Source: a virus (lineage: Duplodnaviria; Caudoviricetes). Taken from it: a stretch of DNA of 31,264 bases. The stretch spans positions 1 through 31,264 of IMG/VR virus record IMGVR_UViG_3300044676_007062; one strand, given 5' to 3'. Positions 8,217-17,786 of the stretch are shown here, piece by piece. Under the pieces are notes generated by a model, which did not search any database, had not been told where the DNA came from, and worked only from the letters and a program-made list of their open reading frames with translations. Both the position numbers and the translations under genes were made by a program. How positions within the stretch are numbered: the first letter of the stretch is position 1; each line of letters opens with the position of its first letter.

Positions 8217-9563
8217 ATGAAGATTAACGGAAAGCAGCTAAGTGATACGCTAAGAACAGAATCGACACCTTTTGACATTGTCTATTCAGATAGAACAGTT
8301 GGCGATTTAAACGGTGCAGTAAGATTTACAGCGATTAACGATACCGGTTCAGCGATTGAAAAGGGAAAAGTGGTCGCTTTAGTCGAGAACCTATCAGGCA
8401 ATTTGAGCAAGGTCGTTTTAGCGGACGCCGATAGTACATCTATGCCAGCCTTTGGGCTAACAGCGCAGAGCTCAACCGGAAACGGTGATGAAGTGGATGT
8501 TATCACCTTTGGGAACCTAAAAGGCATTGATACGAGTACGCTAGATGTAGGTGATACTTTGTATGTAAGCACAACGGCCGGCGAATATACGACCACGGCG
8601 CCCACGGGCAGCGGTTCAAAGATTCAAAACCTTGGAATGGTGGTAAAATCAGATTCCAACGGGATTATCAAGGTAGGCGGGGCCGGAAGATCAAACGCAA
8701 CGCCCAACTTAGACGACGGACATTTCTTTGTAGGCAACGCCAGCAACGCCAGCACACAGAGCGCTTATCAACTACCGACGACAGTAGGCACAAACGGCCA
8801 AGTCTTGGCGAGTGACGGTACTAATGTGACTTTTCAAGATGCTAGTAGTGGAACATCATATACAGAGGTAACGGCTTCTATAAGTGAAGCAGACTTTACT
8901 ATCCAAGATATGTTCATTCCCACTGATGCTTCAAGTGGAATAGTAATTAATTTACCGACTTTTAAAAACCAATTTACAAAAGCACTTAGTTATGACGGTG
9001 ACCGATTTATTATAGATAATAAATCAACTTACACCGTTCAGCTTCGGGTTGCAGAGCTTAGTAATTATAACAGTTCAGCTTCACCTAGTCGGTATGAACA
9101 AACATTTATGAGACACAGTGGCAACTATGATGCAACGGGAGTTTATAGCAGCAATAATGCAAGCGGTGAACATATATACGAAATAGCCCCCATGAGCAGA
9201 GTTGAAGTAGAGGTGCATCAATACATAAACACAGCACCGTCAACAGACGTATACAGGATAATCTATAATGTTACATCAACAGGCGGTATGATTGGGGCTT
9301 TTTATTACAACTATATAACAGCATCACAAACAGCTTTAACAAATAACATTTATGTGTGTGACGGCACATTCACTTTAACTTTGCCGTCAAGAGATTCTGA
9401 TTTTGGAGAGAGAATTGAAGTTAAGAATTACGGAACAGGGACTATCACACTAGACCCCGACTTAGGCAACATAAACGGTTCAGCTACTTATTCCCTAACA
9501 GCGGGAAGCTATGTAACCCTTATGCGAATCCACTTAGGCACAAATTATTGGATAACCTTGTAG
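8217..9563 (+). CDS. Fibre-like virion protein
   Basis: N-terminus KINGKQL echoes the previous gene. G/S/T-rich, with fibre motifs 'YQLPTTVGTNGQVLASDGT' and 'FTLTLPS...IEVKNYGTGTIT...INGS'. Confidence 0.7.
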   Translation: MKINGKQLSDTLRTESTPFDIVYSDRTVGDLNGAVRFTAINDTGSAIEKGKVVALVENLSGNLSKVVLADADSTSMPAFGLTAQSSTGNGDEVDVITFGNLKGIDTSTLDVGDTLYVSTTAGEYTTTAPTGSGSKIQNLGMVVKSDSNGIIKVGGAGRSNATPNLDDGHFFVGNASNASTQSAYQLPTTVGTNGQVLASDGTNVTFQDASSGTSYTEVTASISEADFTIQDMFIPTDASSGIVINLPTFKNQFTKALSYDGDRFIIDNKSTYTVQLRVAELSNYNSSASPSRYEQTFMRHSGNYDATGVYSSNNASGEHIYEIAPMSRVEVEVHQYINTAPSTDVYRIIYNVTSTGGMIGAFYYNYITASQTALTNNIYVCDGTFTLTLPSRDSDFGERIEVKNYGTGTITLDPDLGNINGSATYSLTAGSYVTLMRIHLGTNYWITL

Positions 9564-9580
9564 TATTTAAGGACTAAAAC

Positions 9581-9871
9581 ATGAAAAAAATTAAAGTGAT
9601 CAAAGAGCCCTTTGACGGACACGGGCGCACGAAAGAAAAAAACCTACCTTTTATCAGAGCGGGGCGGGTCCTTGTAAGTGACCCAGCGCTTAAGTCTTTG
9701 TTTGCCGGTAGAGAGTACACGGGCGCCAATGAGCTTGGAGAGCTACAAGAGAGCGGCGGCTATGTGAATGTAGAGGAAGTGTTGAAAGTCTTAATCTTAG
9801 AGCTTGCGAAAACTCAAGCGCTTTTAAAAGCGCAAGGACCCGATTCAGATGAAGCTGACACAGAAAACTAA
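9581..9871 (+). CDS. Hypothetical protein
   Basis: AAGGA SD; operon packing. Confidence 0.6.
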   Translation: MKKIKVIKEPFDGHGRTKEKNLPFIRAGRVLVSDPALKSLFAGREYTGANELGELQESGGYVNVEEVLKVLILELAKTQALLKAQGPDSDEADTEN

Positions 9872-10127
9872 ACTAATGATAGGCGGCGGGGCGCTTGTGC
9901 TTCTCGCTATTTATTATTTTATGGGAACGGAAGCGACCAGCGCCGCCGCCGTGGTGATTGCTTTGGGCCAAGAGAAGATTAAACGACAGAAGAAAAAAAA
10001 CGCACAGCGTAAAAAAGATCAAGAACAGGTTCATATTAACGATCTAAAAAATCTTAGTGACGAGATAAAAGAAGCAAGAGAAAAGAAGCGAGAGGAAAAA
10101 GAGAAATGGTTAGATCGACAATTTTAA
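9849..10127 (+). CDS. Membrane protein with charged coiled coil (holin or i-spanin-like)
   Basis: TM segment LMIGGGALVLLAIYYFM, then a K/E-rich coil; adjacent to the CHAP enzyme. Confidence 0.45.
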   Translation: MKLTQKTKLMIGGGALVLLAIYYFMGTEATSAAAVVIALGQEKIKRQKKKNAQRKKDQEQVHINDLKNLSDEIKEAREKKREEKEKWLDRQF

Positions 10128-10552
10128 GCATCTTGTTTTTAACGCCAGCAACGGGGCTATGGATAGATAGCAACGGTACAAAGCGAGAAGTGCCTTGTCC
10201 GCAGAGCTTCCAAGAGGAAAGCCTTGTCCGGCTGCCAGCGGGCTGTAAATTGAAAACGCCCGCCGTGGCCTTTACTCGATCAGAGTATTTAAAAAATGAG
10301 GAATACATAGCGCAGCTAATGGCCCAGCGGGACCATTGGGAACAGGTAGCACAGCGAGAGAAGAAGCTTAGAGAACAAGTAGAGCAAGACCTTGATGCAT
10401 TGATTACCGACTTTGAGCTTCAATTTAAAATACTCCAAAGCACTTGTAAAAGTAAGCTAGATTGCCCAACAGTAAAGCCGGCGCTAATAGGCGGGGCCCT
10501 TACATTTAGTCTTTGTGCGGGGGCGTGGGCTACTAGCAAAATGCTCAAATAA
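10106..10552 (+). CDS. Exported/membrane coiled-coil protein (spanin-like candidate)
   Basis: Signal-like N-terminus, Cys pairs, central coiled coil, C-terminal hydrophobic segment; overlaps the previous gene. Confidence 0.4.
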   Translation: MVRSTILSILFLTPATGLWIDSNGTKREVPCPQSFQEESLVRLPAGCKLKTPAVAFTRSEYLKNEEYIAQLMAQRDHWEQVAQREKKLREQVEQDLDALITDFELQFKILQSTCKSKLDCPTVKPALIGGALTFSLCAGAWATSKMLK

Positions 10553-10597
10553 CGTGTAAACTAAGCGCAAACTAACCCTTTTAAAAAGGTGCGCTTT

Positions 10598-11215
10598 ATG
10601 ATGAACCACGACGACCGCCGCCAGCTTCGATCTAATTTACTAGATGAATTAGATACTCCTACACAAACAGCATTACCGACAGACTACCAAGCGCCGGAAC
10701 ACGGCGAAAGAGCGGTAGAGATTGCACTTGAGGAATGGCGACAAAACATTTTAGAGCCTAAAGTAAAAGTCAACACGGGGCCTATTTTGATTAGATACAT
10801 CAGACAAGGGGCGCTTTGGACTTGGGTCAAGGAATATCAAAACAGAAAGTTTGCATGGTGCGGATGCTTTGCGGCGTATGCATGGCGAGAAAGCGTAAGC
10901 GGTGCAACAAGGAAAACATCATTCCCGAGCACTTACAGACTCCAGCAATGGGCTAGGGGGACCAAGCGAGAAATCAGTGGACTAGAGAAAGCCCGTGCGG
11001 GTGATCTTTTAATTGTTGGTAAAAAGAAAGCGTGGGGAGAACATATTACATTGATTGAGCGCATTGAGCCGGACTTAAGCGGGGCTTGGACGGTAGAGGG
11101 GAACGCATGGGGAGAAACCCCCGAGTCAACCCAACGCCAAGAGGGCGTTATCAGGCGCTTCAGATCAGTGGACGAGGTCCATGCGATTTATCGACCTTTG
11201 GAGAGTGATAAATAA
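10598..11215 (+). CDS. CHAP-domain cysteine peptidase (putative endolysin)
   Basis: AWCGCFAAY (catalytic Cys), AGDLLIV, HITLIE (His), TVEGN. Confidence 0.8.
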   Translation: MMNHDDRRQLRSNLLDELDTPTQTALPTDYQAPEHGERAVEIALEEWRQNILEPKVKVNTGPILIRYIRQGALWTWVKEYQNRKFAWCGCFAAYAWRESVSGATRKTSFPSTYRLQQWARGTKREISGLEKARAGDLLIVGKKKAWGEHITLIERIEPDLSGAWTVEGNAWGETPESTQRQEGVIRRFRSVDEVHAIYRPLESDK

Positions 11216-12702
11216 TGAGCGACGACATTAAAAAAACATTTGAGGACTTTGGACTTGTAAAGAGTGCCAAATCAAGAGCCTATGAGCTCAACCCGTATGA
11301 CACAGAGTTTTCAGCAACGCATACCAGCGGACTACTAGACGATACTCACCAAGGTACTACAGGCGGCTTGAGCTATGAAAGTTTAAGAAGCCTAGCAAAA
11401 ATGCCCCTTGTGAGTGCAATCATACAAACAAGAGTAAACCAAGTTGCCGAGTTTGCAAGGCCACAGCCGGACCGATACAGCGCCGGATTTGTGATCAGAC
11501 AGCGGAACCAAGGCGCCGAGATTAGCGACAAGGTAAGAGCTCAAATTGCAGCTTTGCAAGAATGGCTTTTACAGTGCGGTGAGCAAGGCATCACGGGGTT
11601 TAATACATTTGAAAACTTTTTAAGGGCAATTACTAGGGATAGTTTAGTCTTTGATCAATGTTGCTTTGAAGTGATCAATCGAGGGGGGCGCCCCGCCGCA
11701 TTTAAGCCGGTGGACGCCAGCACAATCAGACGAGCGGCCCCGAGTGATGCAGAGATAAAACGAGGGCAGCGAGATCATAAAAAAACGGCCTTTGTACAGG
11801 TGATCAAAAGTAGAGTAGTGGCCGAGTTTGACGAAGACGAAATGTGCTTTGGAGTTAGGCGCCCACGGTCAGAGATAGCCGCCAATGGTTATGGCTACCC
11901 CGAAATGGAAGAAGCCGCCCCGACAATTATTGATATGATCAGAGCCAAGGCGTATAACAGCGCCAATTTTACACACGGCTTACACTTAAGCGGAATACTA
12001 GCAGTAAAAAGCAAAATGAGCCCCGCCCTATTTAGAGCATTTAGGCGGGAGTTTTATGCAATGCTACAAGGACCCAGCGGCGCAAAGAAAACCCCTATCA
12101 TTCAGCTTGACCCCGAAGCGAAAGAAGATGTGAGCTCAGTTAATCTCTCTAATTCAAATAGTGATATGGAATATTCTCAATGGCTCAATTTTTTGATTAA
12201 AGAAGTTTGTGCACTTTATCAAATGGACCCTAGCGAATTAGGGTATGTATTCGGCGCCGAGGGGCAAACAAGCAGTTTGCAGACACAAGGCCCGTCACAA
12301 CGAATCCAATACTCAAAGGAACGGGGACTAAGGCCACTTTTAAGGGCGCTTGAAACATGGATTAACCGGTGGCTTATTTACCCAATAGCGCCACATTTAG
12401 AGTTTAGCTTTGTAGGACTAGACACAGAGACAGAAAGCGCAAGAATTGACGCTATTTCTAAAAAAGTTAAATCTTACATGACAGTAAACGAAGCCCGAGC
12501 CGCCTTTGATCTTGAACCGTTGGAAAACCCGATAGCAGATTATATTCTTGATTCATCATTTATTAACGCCGCTCAAATGGCAGAGCAGCAAGAGGAACCC
12601 GAGGACCAAGAGGAACCCGAGGACCAAGAGGAACCCGAAGACCAAGAGGAACCCGAGGACCAAGAGGGACCCGAGGACCAAGAAATTAATATGGAGTTTT
12701 AA
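11215..12702 (+). CDS. Portal protein (SPO1/Herelleviridae-like)
   Basis: 'SAIIQTRVNQV..FARP', 'RDSLVFDQ', 'PVDASTIR', 'DMEYSQWLNFLIKEVCALYQMDPSELG', 'SKERGLRPLL', 'MTVNEAR'. Confidence 0.92.
   Translation: MSDDIKKTFEDFGLVKSAKSRAYELNPYDTEFSATHTSGLLDDTHQGTTGGLSYESLRSLAKMPLVSAIIQTRVNQVAEFARPQPDRYSAGFVIRQRNQGAEISDKVRAQIAALQEWLLQCGEQGITGFNTFENFLRAITRDSLVFDQCCFEVINRGGRPAAFKPVDASTIRRAAPSDAEIKRGQRDHKKTAFVQVIKSRVVAEFDEDEMCFGVRRPRSEIAANGYGYPEMEEAAPTIIDMIRAKAYNSANFTHGLHLSGILAVKSKMSPALFRAFRREFYAMLQGPSGAKKTPIIQLDPEAKEDVSSVNLSNSNSDMEYSQWLNFLIKEVCALYQMDPSELGYVFGAEGQTSSLQTQGPSQRIQYSKERGLRPLLRALETWINRWLIYPIAPHLEFSFVGLDTETESARIDAISKKVKSYMTVNEARAAFDLEPLENPIADYILDSSFINAAQMAEQQEEPEDQEEPEDQEEPEDQEEPEDQEGPEDQEINMEF
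12589..12683 (+). repeat. 18-bp tandem repeat x5 (CAAGAGGAACCCGAGGAC) encoding (QEEPED)n in the portal C-terminus
   Basis: Five units starting at 12589, 12607, 12625, 12643 and 12661; single mismatches in units 3 and 5. Confidence 0.9.
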
Positions 12703-12704
12703 AA

Positions 12705-15700
12705 ATGAATAAGGGCATTAAATCAAATCAAGATGTACCAATGAGCCGGCGCCGTGCCAAGCTACTTGCGGATTATGCGAATAGACTTGCTGAAATGCTA
12801 GAGAACGCCCCCGACGACAAAGACCTAGCCGAATGGGTACAGAGTAAAATTGACCGAGCGGCTAGCGCTATACAGAGCGCTTATCATTACCTTGAGCATG
12901 ACGAGCTAGAAAAGGGGGCGAGTCATAAATATATTAGGCGTATTCCTAAAGGCCGTGATAAACGAACAGGCCGCATGAGATATGACTATGTATATAAAGA
13001 GCATCATAGGGGCGGGCTAAGAGCAGCCGTTGAAGATTTAAAAGCCGGTGAAGCTTTTAAACTAAAGGACCCGCAAACCGGACAGGCCGGACACTTTCAT
13101 GTAAAAGCTGTTAAGGGTAGTGTAGTTGTAGTTGAGCATGACGAAACGGGGCGTAGCGTCACCATGACAAAGAGCGAGCTCAAAGCTTTGATTATGAAAG
13201 AACATGGTCAGGCGCTTAAAGAAAACTTTCAAGCGAAAAAGGAAACCTATGAGCGCATGAAACGAGACACCCCGAAGCATATCGGGCTTAAAGCGGCGTT
13301 TAATAGACTCCAAGCGGCGGCGGATAAAGCGGGAATTAAATTACCAGCAACGGCAAGAGAGCGCTATGCTAGTTGGTACAAAGAACAAGCAGAAAACCAA
13401 GAGCCAAACAAGGAAGTTGGCGCCTTGATGCGAACACCGGAACCACCGGCACAAGGGCAACATAAACCACTATCACCTAAGTTTTTTGCGGCATATAGAA
13501 GAAAATTAAACACAGACAAAGAAAGATTGCGGCACCTTAAAAACATATACGAACACCCCCATAACCCTAGCCGCTTAAACCGGCCTAATGAGATGACAAC
13601 AGAGCTTTATGCAGAAGTTAAGGCGAATCTTTTAGAGGATATAAAAGAGCTAGAAGACCAAACAGGGGAACATACCTTTAAACAGCCGGCAAACAGTAAA
13701 GAAATATTTACAAGGGTAAAAAGGTTCTTCCCCGAAATAGAAACAATTTACGATAGAGGTATTACCGCAACAATAAAGGTTAAGGCGGGACAGGTTAAAG
13801 GTCTTAAATCAAAATTAATTAAACACCCTACACACCCTATCCAAGTGACAGGCAACTTATTAAGGGGTATACACTTAAGGGACCTTATTGAAATACTTAG
13901 AGGTGAGGAGAACAAGGCCGCATACCAAGCGCAATCTAAAGATAACTTTGAGACTATGCCCGAACCGGTCCAAGAGCCAGCACAAGCGCCACAGCCGCCC
14001 GCCCGTGCTCAGTTAATTGAGACAGCGACACAAGAGCCCGCACAGCCCGCCAAGATTGACAACTTTGAGCTTGCAGAACATACGCACACAAAGACCGGCG
14101 TTAAACTGTACACAGCAAAGCAAAAAGACCGTGTAGACCGTGATGAGTTTAAGCGCCGTGTACAGATAGCTAAGAAGTACAAGGGGCGCTATGACAGCCG
14201 CTATGCAAAAGCATATTTGTTCAAGAACGCAGAAGACGCCCGCAAGTTTGCTTTAGAGGTAGAGGGGAAGTCAACCGACAGCCCAACAACGGCACCGGCG
14301 ACCAATAACTTTGAGACTATGCCAGAGGTTGAAAGTGTAGATAACTTTGAGACTATGCCGGAAACACAAGGCGGCACAGCCCAAAGGCTCAAAGAAGCAC
14401 ATTCATTACTAAAAGAGAGCTCTCAAAAGGATGAAATAAAAAACGGTAGGAGAGCAAGAGCATCAATTAATGCAGACAAAAAGCTTATTGAACATATCCA
14501 AAAGATCATAGACAACGATTTTAAAGACATTGAACACCCCGACTTTACACCATTCCAAGACAGAACACCTAAACAGAATGTTTTAATGGAAATGAGAGGG
14601 TCTTTAAGCCATTTAAAAAATGAACAGAGACTTTTAAGGGGCTCAAGACAAAACCATGAGGATATTCAAAGGGAAAGAAACAAATCGAGAGAAAACTTGA
14701 GAACGGCACTTAATAATCTTGAAAAACTAAGCGCCAGCAACTTTGAGACTATGCCCGAAAGCAAGCTACCGCCGAAAGGTGAAAGAACCGCCGAGGATGC
14801 CAAGAAGTGGTTCGGAGAACCTACCTACTTTGAGACAAAAACACCAATAGGCACAAGAAGATATTTTCAATATGAAAGAGAGGGTCTAAGAGTACGGGGC
14901 GGGCCTATAGGGGCTAATGGTCAACTTTTGTCGGGCACAAGAACAAAGGTATATACATCCATTTTATTGACACCGGAGAATAGACAAAAGATAAGTGGGG
15001 CACAATTCTCTCAGACAGAATTAGGGGAATATAATTCAATAGACGAAGCCCTAAGGGCAGCTATTAATTTCTTTGATAAAGACCCACAAAGTCAGTTTAT
15101 AGGCTATCAAAACAAGGATTTAGAAAGAGACAGACAAAGCGCCGCAAGACGAATGGGCTTAATGGAACAGCGCCAACAGAAAACCCCCGCAAGAGCCGAG
15201 CTTATAGAAGCTAGTGACTTGGTAAGTGACAAAACAGACGGCTTAAAAGGGTCCTATTGGGATAGGAACGAACGCCCCGAAATCAAGCGCTTATTGGATG
15301 AAACAGCCTCAAGAGGGCATTACCAAGCCCGCTTTGAAACGGGGTATACACCAAGCCTATACGACTTAAAGCAAGCAGTACAAAGCGCCGATAAGTTAAA
15401 ATTAGTTGATGCATGGAATCACAACCAAGACACACATAATCGAATTGTAAACTTTGCTGAAAAAGAAGACTTTGCTTCTCTCAAAGCACTATTAAAAGAC
15501 TTTAGAACAGACTACCTTTCTATAATAGCAAGAAACTCTTTACATAACGGGTACGGAAAACTTGCTAAGAGAGTCATTAGAGACAGCAAAACACCAGCAC
15601 ACCGAGAACTAGCAAAGCAAGAATACTTAGATTTTGAAAAAGAGTATGTAGCAAGAGCTAAACAGATCTTTGAAGAAACAAGAACAGAAACCGACGCTGA

Positions 15701-17240
15701 AATAATCCAACACCTAAAAGAGCGCTACTTTAGATACAAAGACCGCCCGTCGGAGTTTAGCACAGCACCGCAGCTAACCACGAGCGAACGGGCTCAAATT
15801 ACAAAGCGCTTTGATGAAGCCGCCGCTAAACTAAGCGCCAATAACTTTGAGACTATGCCGGAGATAAACTTTAGCGAACCCCGCCAAGCTAAAAAAAGAA
15901 AAGTATTCAAAGAAGTGACAGCGGGAGAGTTATATCAAACTAGGGCGCTTATTGACGAGTCCGAAGTGCGGGGCGTTTACGAAGATGAAACACTAGCCAG
16001 CCTAAAAAAGAAGCTAGAGCCCGATAGACTAGCGGCGGAAAGCGGGATAGGAGAGCGAGGGCTATTACAAGGTATAGAGAACACTACCGAAACAAACCCG
16101 CTTGCAAAGGAATATAAAAACTTTCAAGTAAAGACAGCAATTAGCTTTGATCGAAAAAATAAGGCAACTTTAAATGAGAGAGGAAACCCAAGGGGGATTT
16201 CAGATTTCATTAGAGAAAAGTTAAACCTTAACTCTATTGAGAAAGTAAGAGCACAGAAAGAGGAAATTGGAAAAATTGCTAGTGAGTTATTAACACTAGG
16301 CATAGGGGATGCAGTAAAGAGAACAAAAGACACAGCAGCCAAGCGAAAAAACAAAACAGAAGAACGGGCGATAAGCATCTTTGACTATCACATTGAACAA
16401 GCCCAAAACAGACTAGATACTATTAAGGCATCCAATCTAAAAGAAGATGAAAAACTAAAGTCCGGAATAGAGGAAACGATAGAGCTCACCAAGGAAGCAA
16501 AAGAAGTCTACAAGCAGAGAAGCGAAAGCTTACTAAAGGAAGCACTATCTAAAAACAATAACCAAGCTATTATAGACGGCCTATTAGAAAACTCGTCCAC
16601 CCGATTTTATTTTACAATAACGCCCCAAGGCCCAGCAGCAAAAAAACTTACAGAAGCTATTGTCAAGGACACCCTTGAGCAAGTCTTAAAAAACATTGCT
16701 AAAACAAGCCTTGAACCGAACAGGGAGAGCGAACCAGCACCAGCACCACAGCCAGCCGCCAGAGCTCAATTGATTGAAACAACAGACCAAAGCGCCGAAA
16801 GTGCAGCGGTCAGAATTACACCGAGTTTGAGCGAGGAACGATTGACCAATTATTCAAGTGAGCTCAATCCAAGTGAGATAGCGCAGATTTATGACCGGTC
16901 CCGATTCATTACAGTGGCAAAGGAAACCCCGACTAAAACGCTAATGAGATCAAAGAAGCAACGTGCAATCGACAATGAATTAATTCTAATGCACCAGCGC
17001 TTAGATATTCACGCCGGAAAGATTTTAGGCCCGCTAAAGCCACGAGTCACACAGGCCCATAAATATGGTCCAATGTTCAATGAGGGAACAAGAGAGCCGG
17101 AACATAGGGAAAAGATCAGAGCAAAGATTAAGGCGGACATTCAAAAACTATATAGGGCGCTTAACCCCGTGAAGAAAAGCGCACATAGTTTAATTAACTA
17201 CCGTGCAGCGATCTATAAGGCATTGAACGGCGCCGCTTAA
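12705..17240 (+). CDS. Giant modular (polyvalent-type) putative internal virion protein, 1511 aa
   Basis: Leader ending LEKG; N-terminal domain paralogous to 22403; five NFETMPE and three ARAxLIE linkers between unrelated modules; C-terminal VKKS and IYKA. Confidence 0.7.
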   Translation: MNKGIKSNQDVPMSRRRAKLLADYANRLAEMLENAPDDKDLAEWVQSKIDRAASAIQSAYHYLEHDELEKGASHKYIRRIPKGRDKRTGRMRYDYVYKEHHRGGLRAAVEDLKAGEAFKLKDPQTGQAGHFHVKAVKGSVVVVEHDETGRSVTMTKSELKALIMKEHGQALKENFQAKKETYERMKRDTPKHIGLKAAFNRLQAAADKAGIKLPATARERYASWYKEQAENQEPNKEVGALMRTPEPPAQGQHKPLSPKFFAAYRRKLNTDKERLRHLKNIYEHPHNPSRLNRPNEMTTELYAEVKANLLEDIKELEDQTGEHTFKQPANSKEIFTRVKRFFPEIETIYDRGITATIKVKAGQVKGLKSKLIKHPTHPIQVTGNLLRGIHLRDLIEILRGEENKAAYQAQSKDNFETMPEPVQEPAQAPQPPARAQLIETATQEPAQPAKIDNFELAEHTHTKTGVKLYTAKQKDRVDRDEFKRRVQIAKKYKGRYDSRYAKAYLFKNAEDARKFALEVEGKSTDSPTTAPATNNFETMPEVESVDNFETMPETQGGTAQRLKEAHSLLKESSQKDEIKNGRRARASINADKKLIEHIQKIIDNDFKDIEHPDFTPFQDRTPKQNVLMEMRGSLSHLKNEQRLLRGSRQNHEDIQRERNKSRENLRTALNNLEKLSASNFETMPESKLPPKGERTAEDAKKWFGEPTYFETKTPIGTRRYFQYEREGLRVRGGPIGANGQLLSGTRTKVYTSILLTPENRQKISGAQFSQTELGEYNSIDEALRAAINFFDKDPQSQFIGYQNKDLERDRQSAARRMGLMEQRQQKTPARAELIEASDLVSDKTDGLKGSYWDRNERPEIKRLLDETASRGHYQARFETGYTPSLYDLKQAVQSADKLKLVDAWNHNQDTHNRIVNFAEKEDFASLKALLKDFRTDYLSIIARNSLHNGYGKLAKRVIRDSKTPAHRELAKQEYLDFEKEYVARAKQIFEETRTETDAEIIQHLKERYFRYKDRPSEFSTAPQLTTSERAQITKRFDEAAAKLSANNFETMPEINFSEPRQAKKRKVFKEVTAGELYQTRALIDESEVRGVYEDETLASLKKKLEPDRLAAESGIGERGLLQGIENTTETNPLAKEYKNFQVKTAISFDRKNKATLNERGNPRGISDFIREKLNLNSIEKVRAQKEEIGKIASELLTLGIGDAVKRTKDTAAKRKNKTEERAISIFDYHIEQAQNRLDTIKASNLKEDEKLKSGIEETIELTKEAKEVYKQRSESLLKEALSKNNNQAIIDGLLENSSTRFYFTITPQGPAAKKLTEAIVKDTLEQVLKNIAKTSLEPNRESEPAPAPQPAARAQLIETTDQSAESAAVRITPSLSEERLTNYSSELNPSEIAQIYDRSRFITVAKETPTKTLMRSKKQRAIDNELILMHQRLDIHAGKILGPLKPRVTQAHKYGPMFNEGTREPEHREKIRAKIKADIQKLYRALNPVKKSAHSLINYRAAIYKALNGAA
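13944..15859 (+). repeat. Dispersed 17-bp repeat AACTTTGAGACTATGCC (NFETMP), 5 copies
   Basis: Exact copies at 13944, 14307, 14343, 14739 and 15843; partial AACTTTGAG at 14061. Confidence 0.95.
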
Positions 17241-17285
17241 TGTTCTACTCTCATTAACCCTAAAAAGTTATTGAGAGAGGAACCT

Positions 17286-17738
17286 ATGAACCCAAAGCAT
17301 TTAAAAATCAGAATTGAGCAATGTAAGTTGATTGCCAGCGCAAGCCCTTGCGGTCGTCGGAAAGTGGGCGCTTTAATAATAGACCCACAATCGAACACGA
17401 CAATAAGCGAGGGCTACAATGGAACGCCTAGAGGGTCAGATAAGGCGCTTTGTGGCGGCTCATTTTGCCAAAGGGAAGTCAGGTACATTACAAGCGGAAC
17501 ACAGAACGATATAGGCTGCCACCATGCGGAAATGAACGCCATTTTAAACGCTACAAGAACCGGAATATCTACACTTGGCGCTTGGTTAATTGTAAATTGT
17601 GACCCGTGCTTAATGTGTAGCAAGGCGATTCATCACAGCGGGATAGTACAAGTTTACACACCCCTAACAACGCACAGCGCCGGCATAAAATATCTAAGGG
17701 AAAACGGAATAGCAATTTACTCGACACAGGACATTTAA
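17286..17738 (+). CDS. dCMP deaminase (cytidine/deoxycytidylate deaminase family)
   Basis: 'RRKVGALI', 'GYNGTP', HAEMNAI and PCLMC zinc-binding motifs. ATG 17286 follows GAGG. Confidence 0.92.
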   Translation: MNPKHLKIRIEQCKLIASASPCGRRKVGALIIDPQSNTTISEGYNGTPRGSDKALCGGSFCQREVRYITSGTQNDIGCHHAEMNAILNATRTGISTLGAWLIVNCDPCLMCSKAIHHSGIVQVYTPLTTHSAGIKYLRENGIAIYSTQDI

Positions 17739-17786
17739 TGGCATATTGTAAGAAGCCCTAAACTTTAAAAACCGAGAGGGCGAGTT

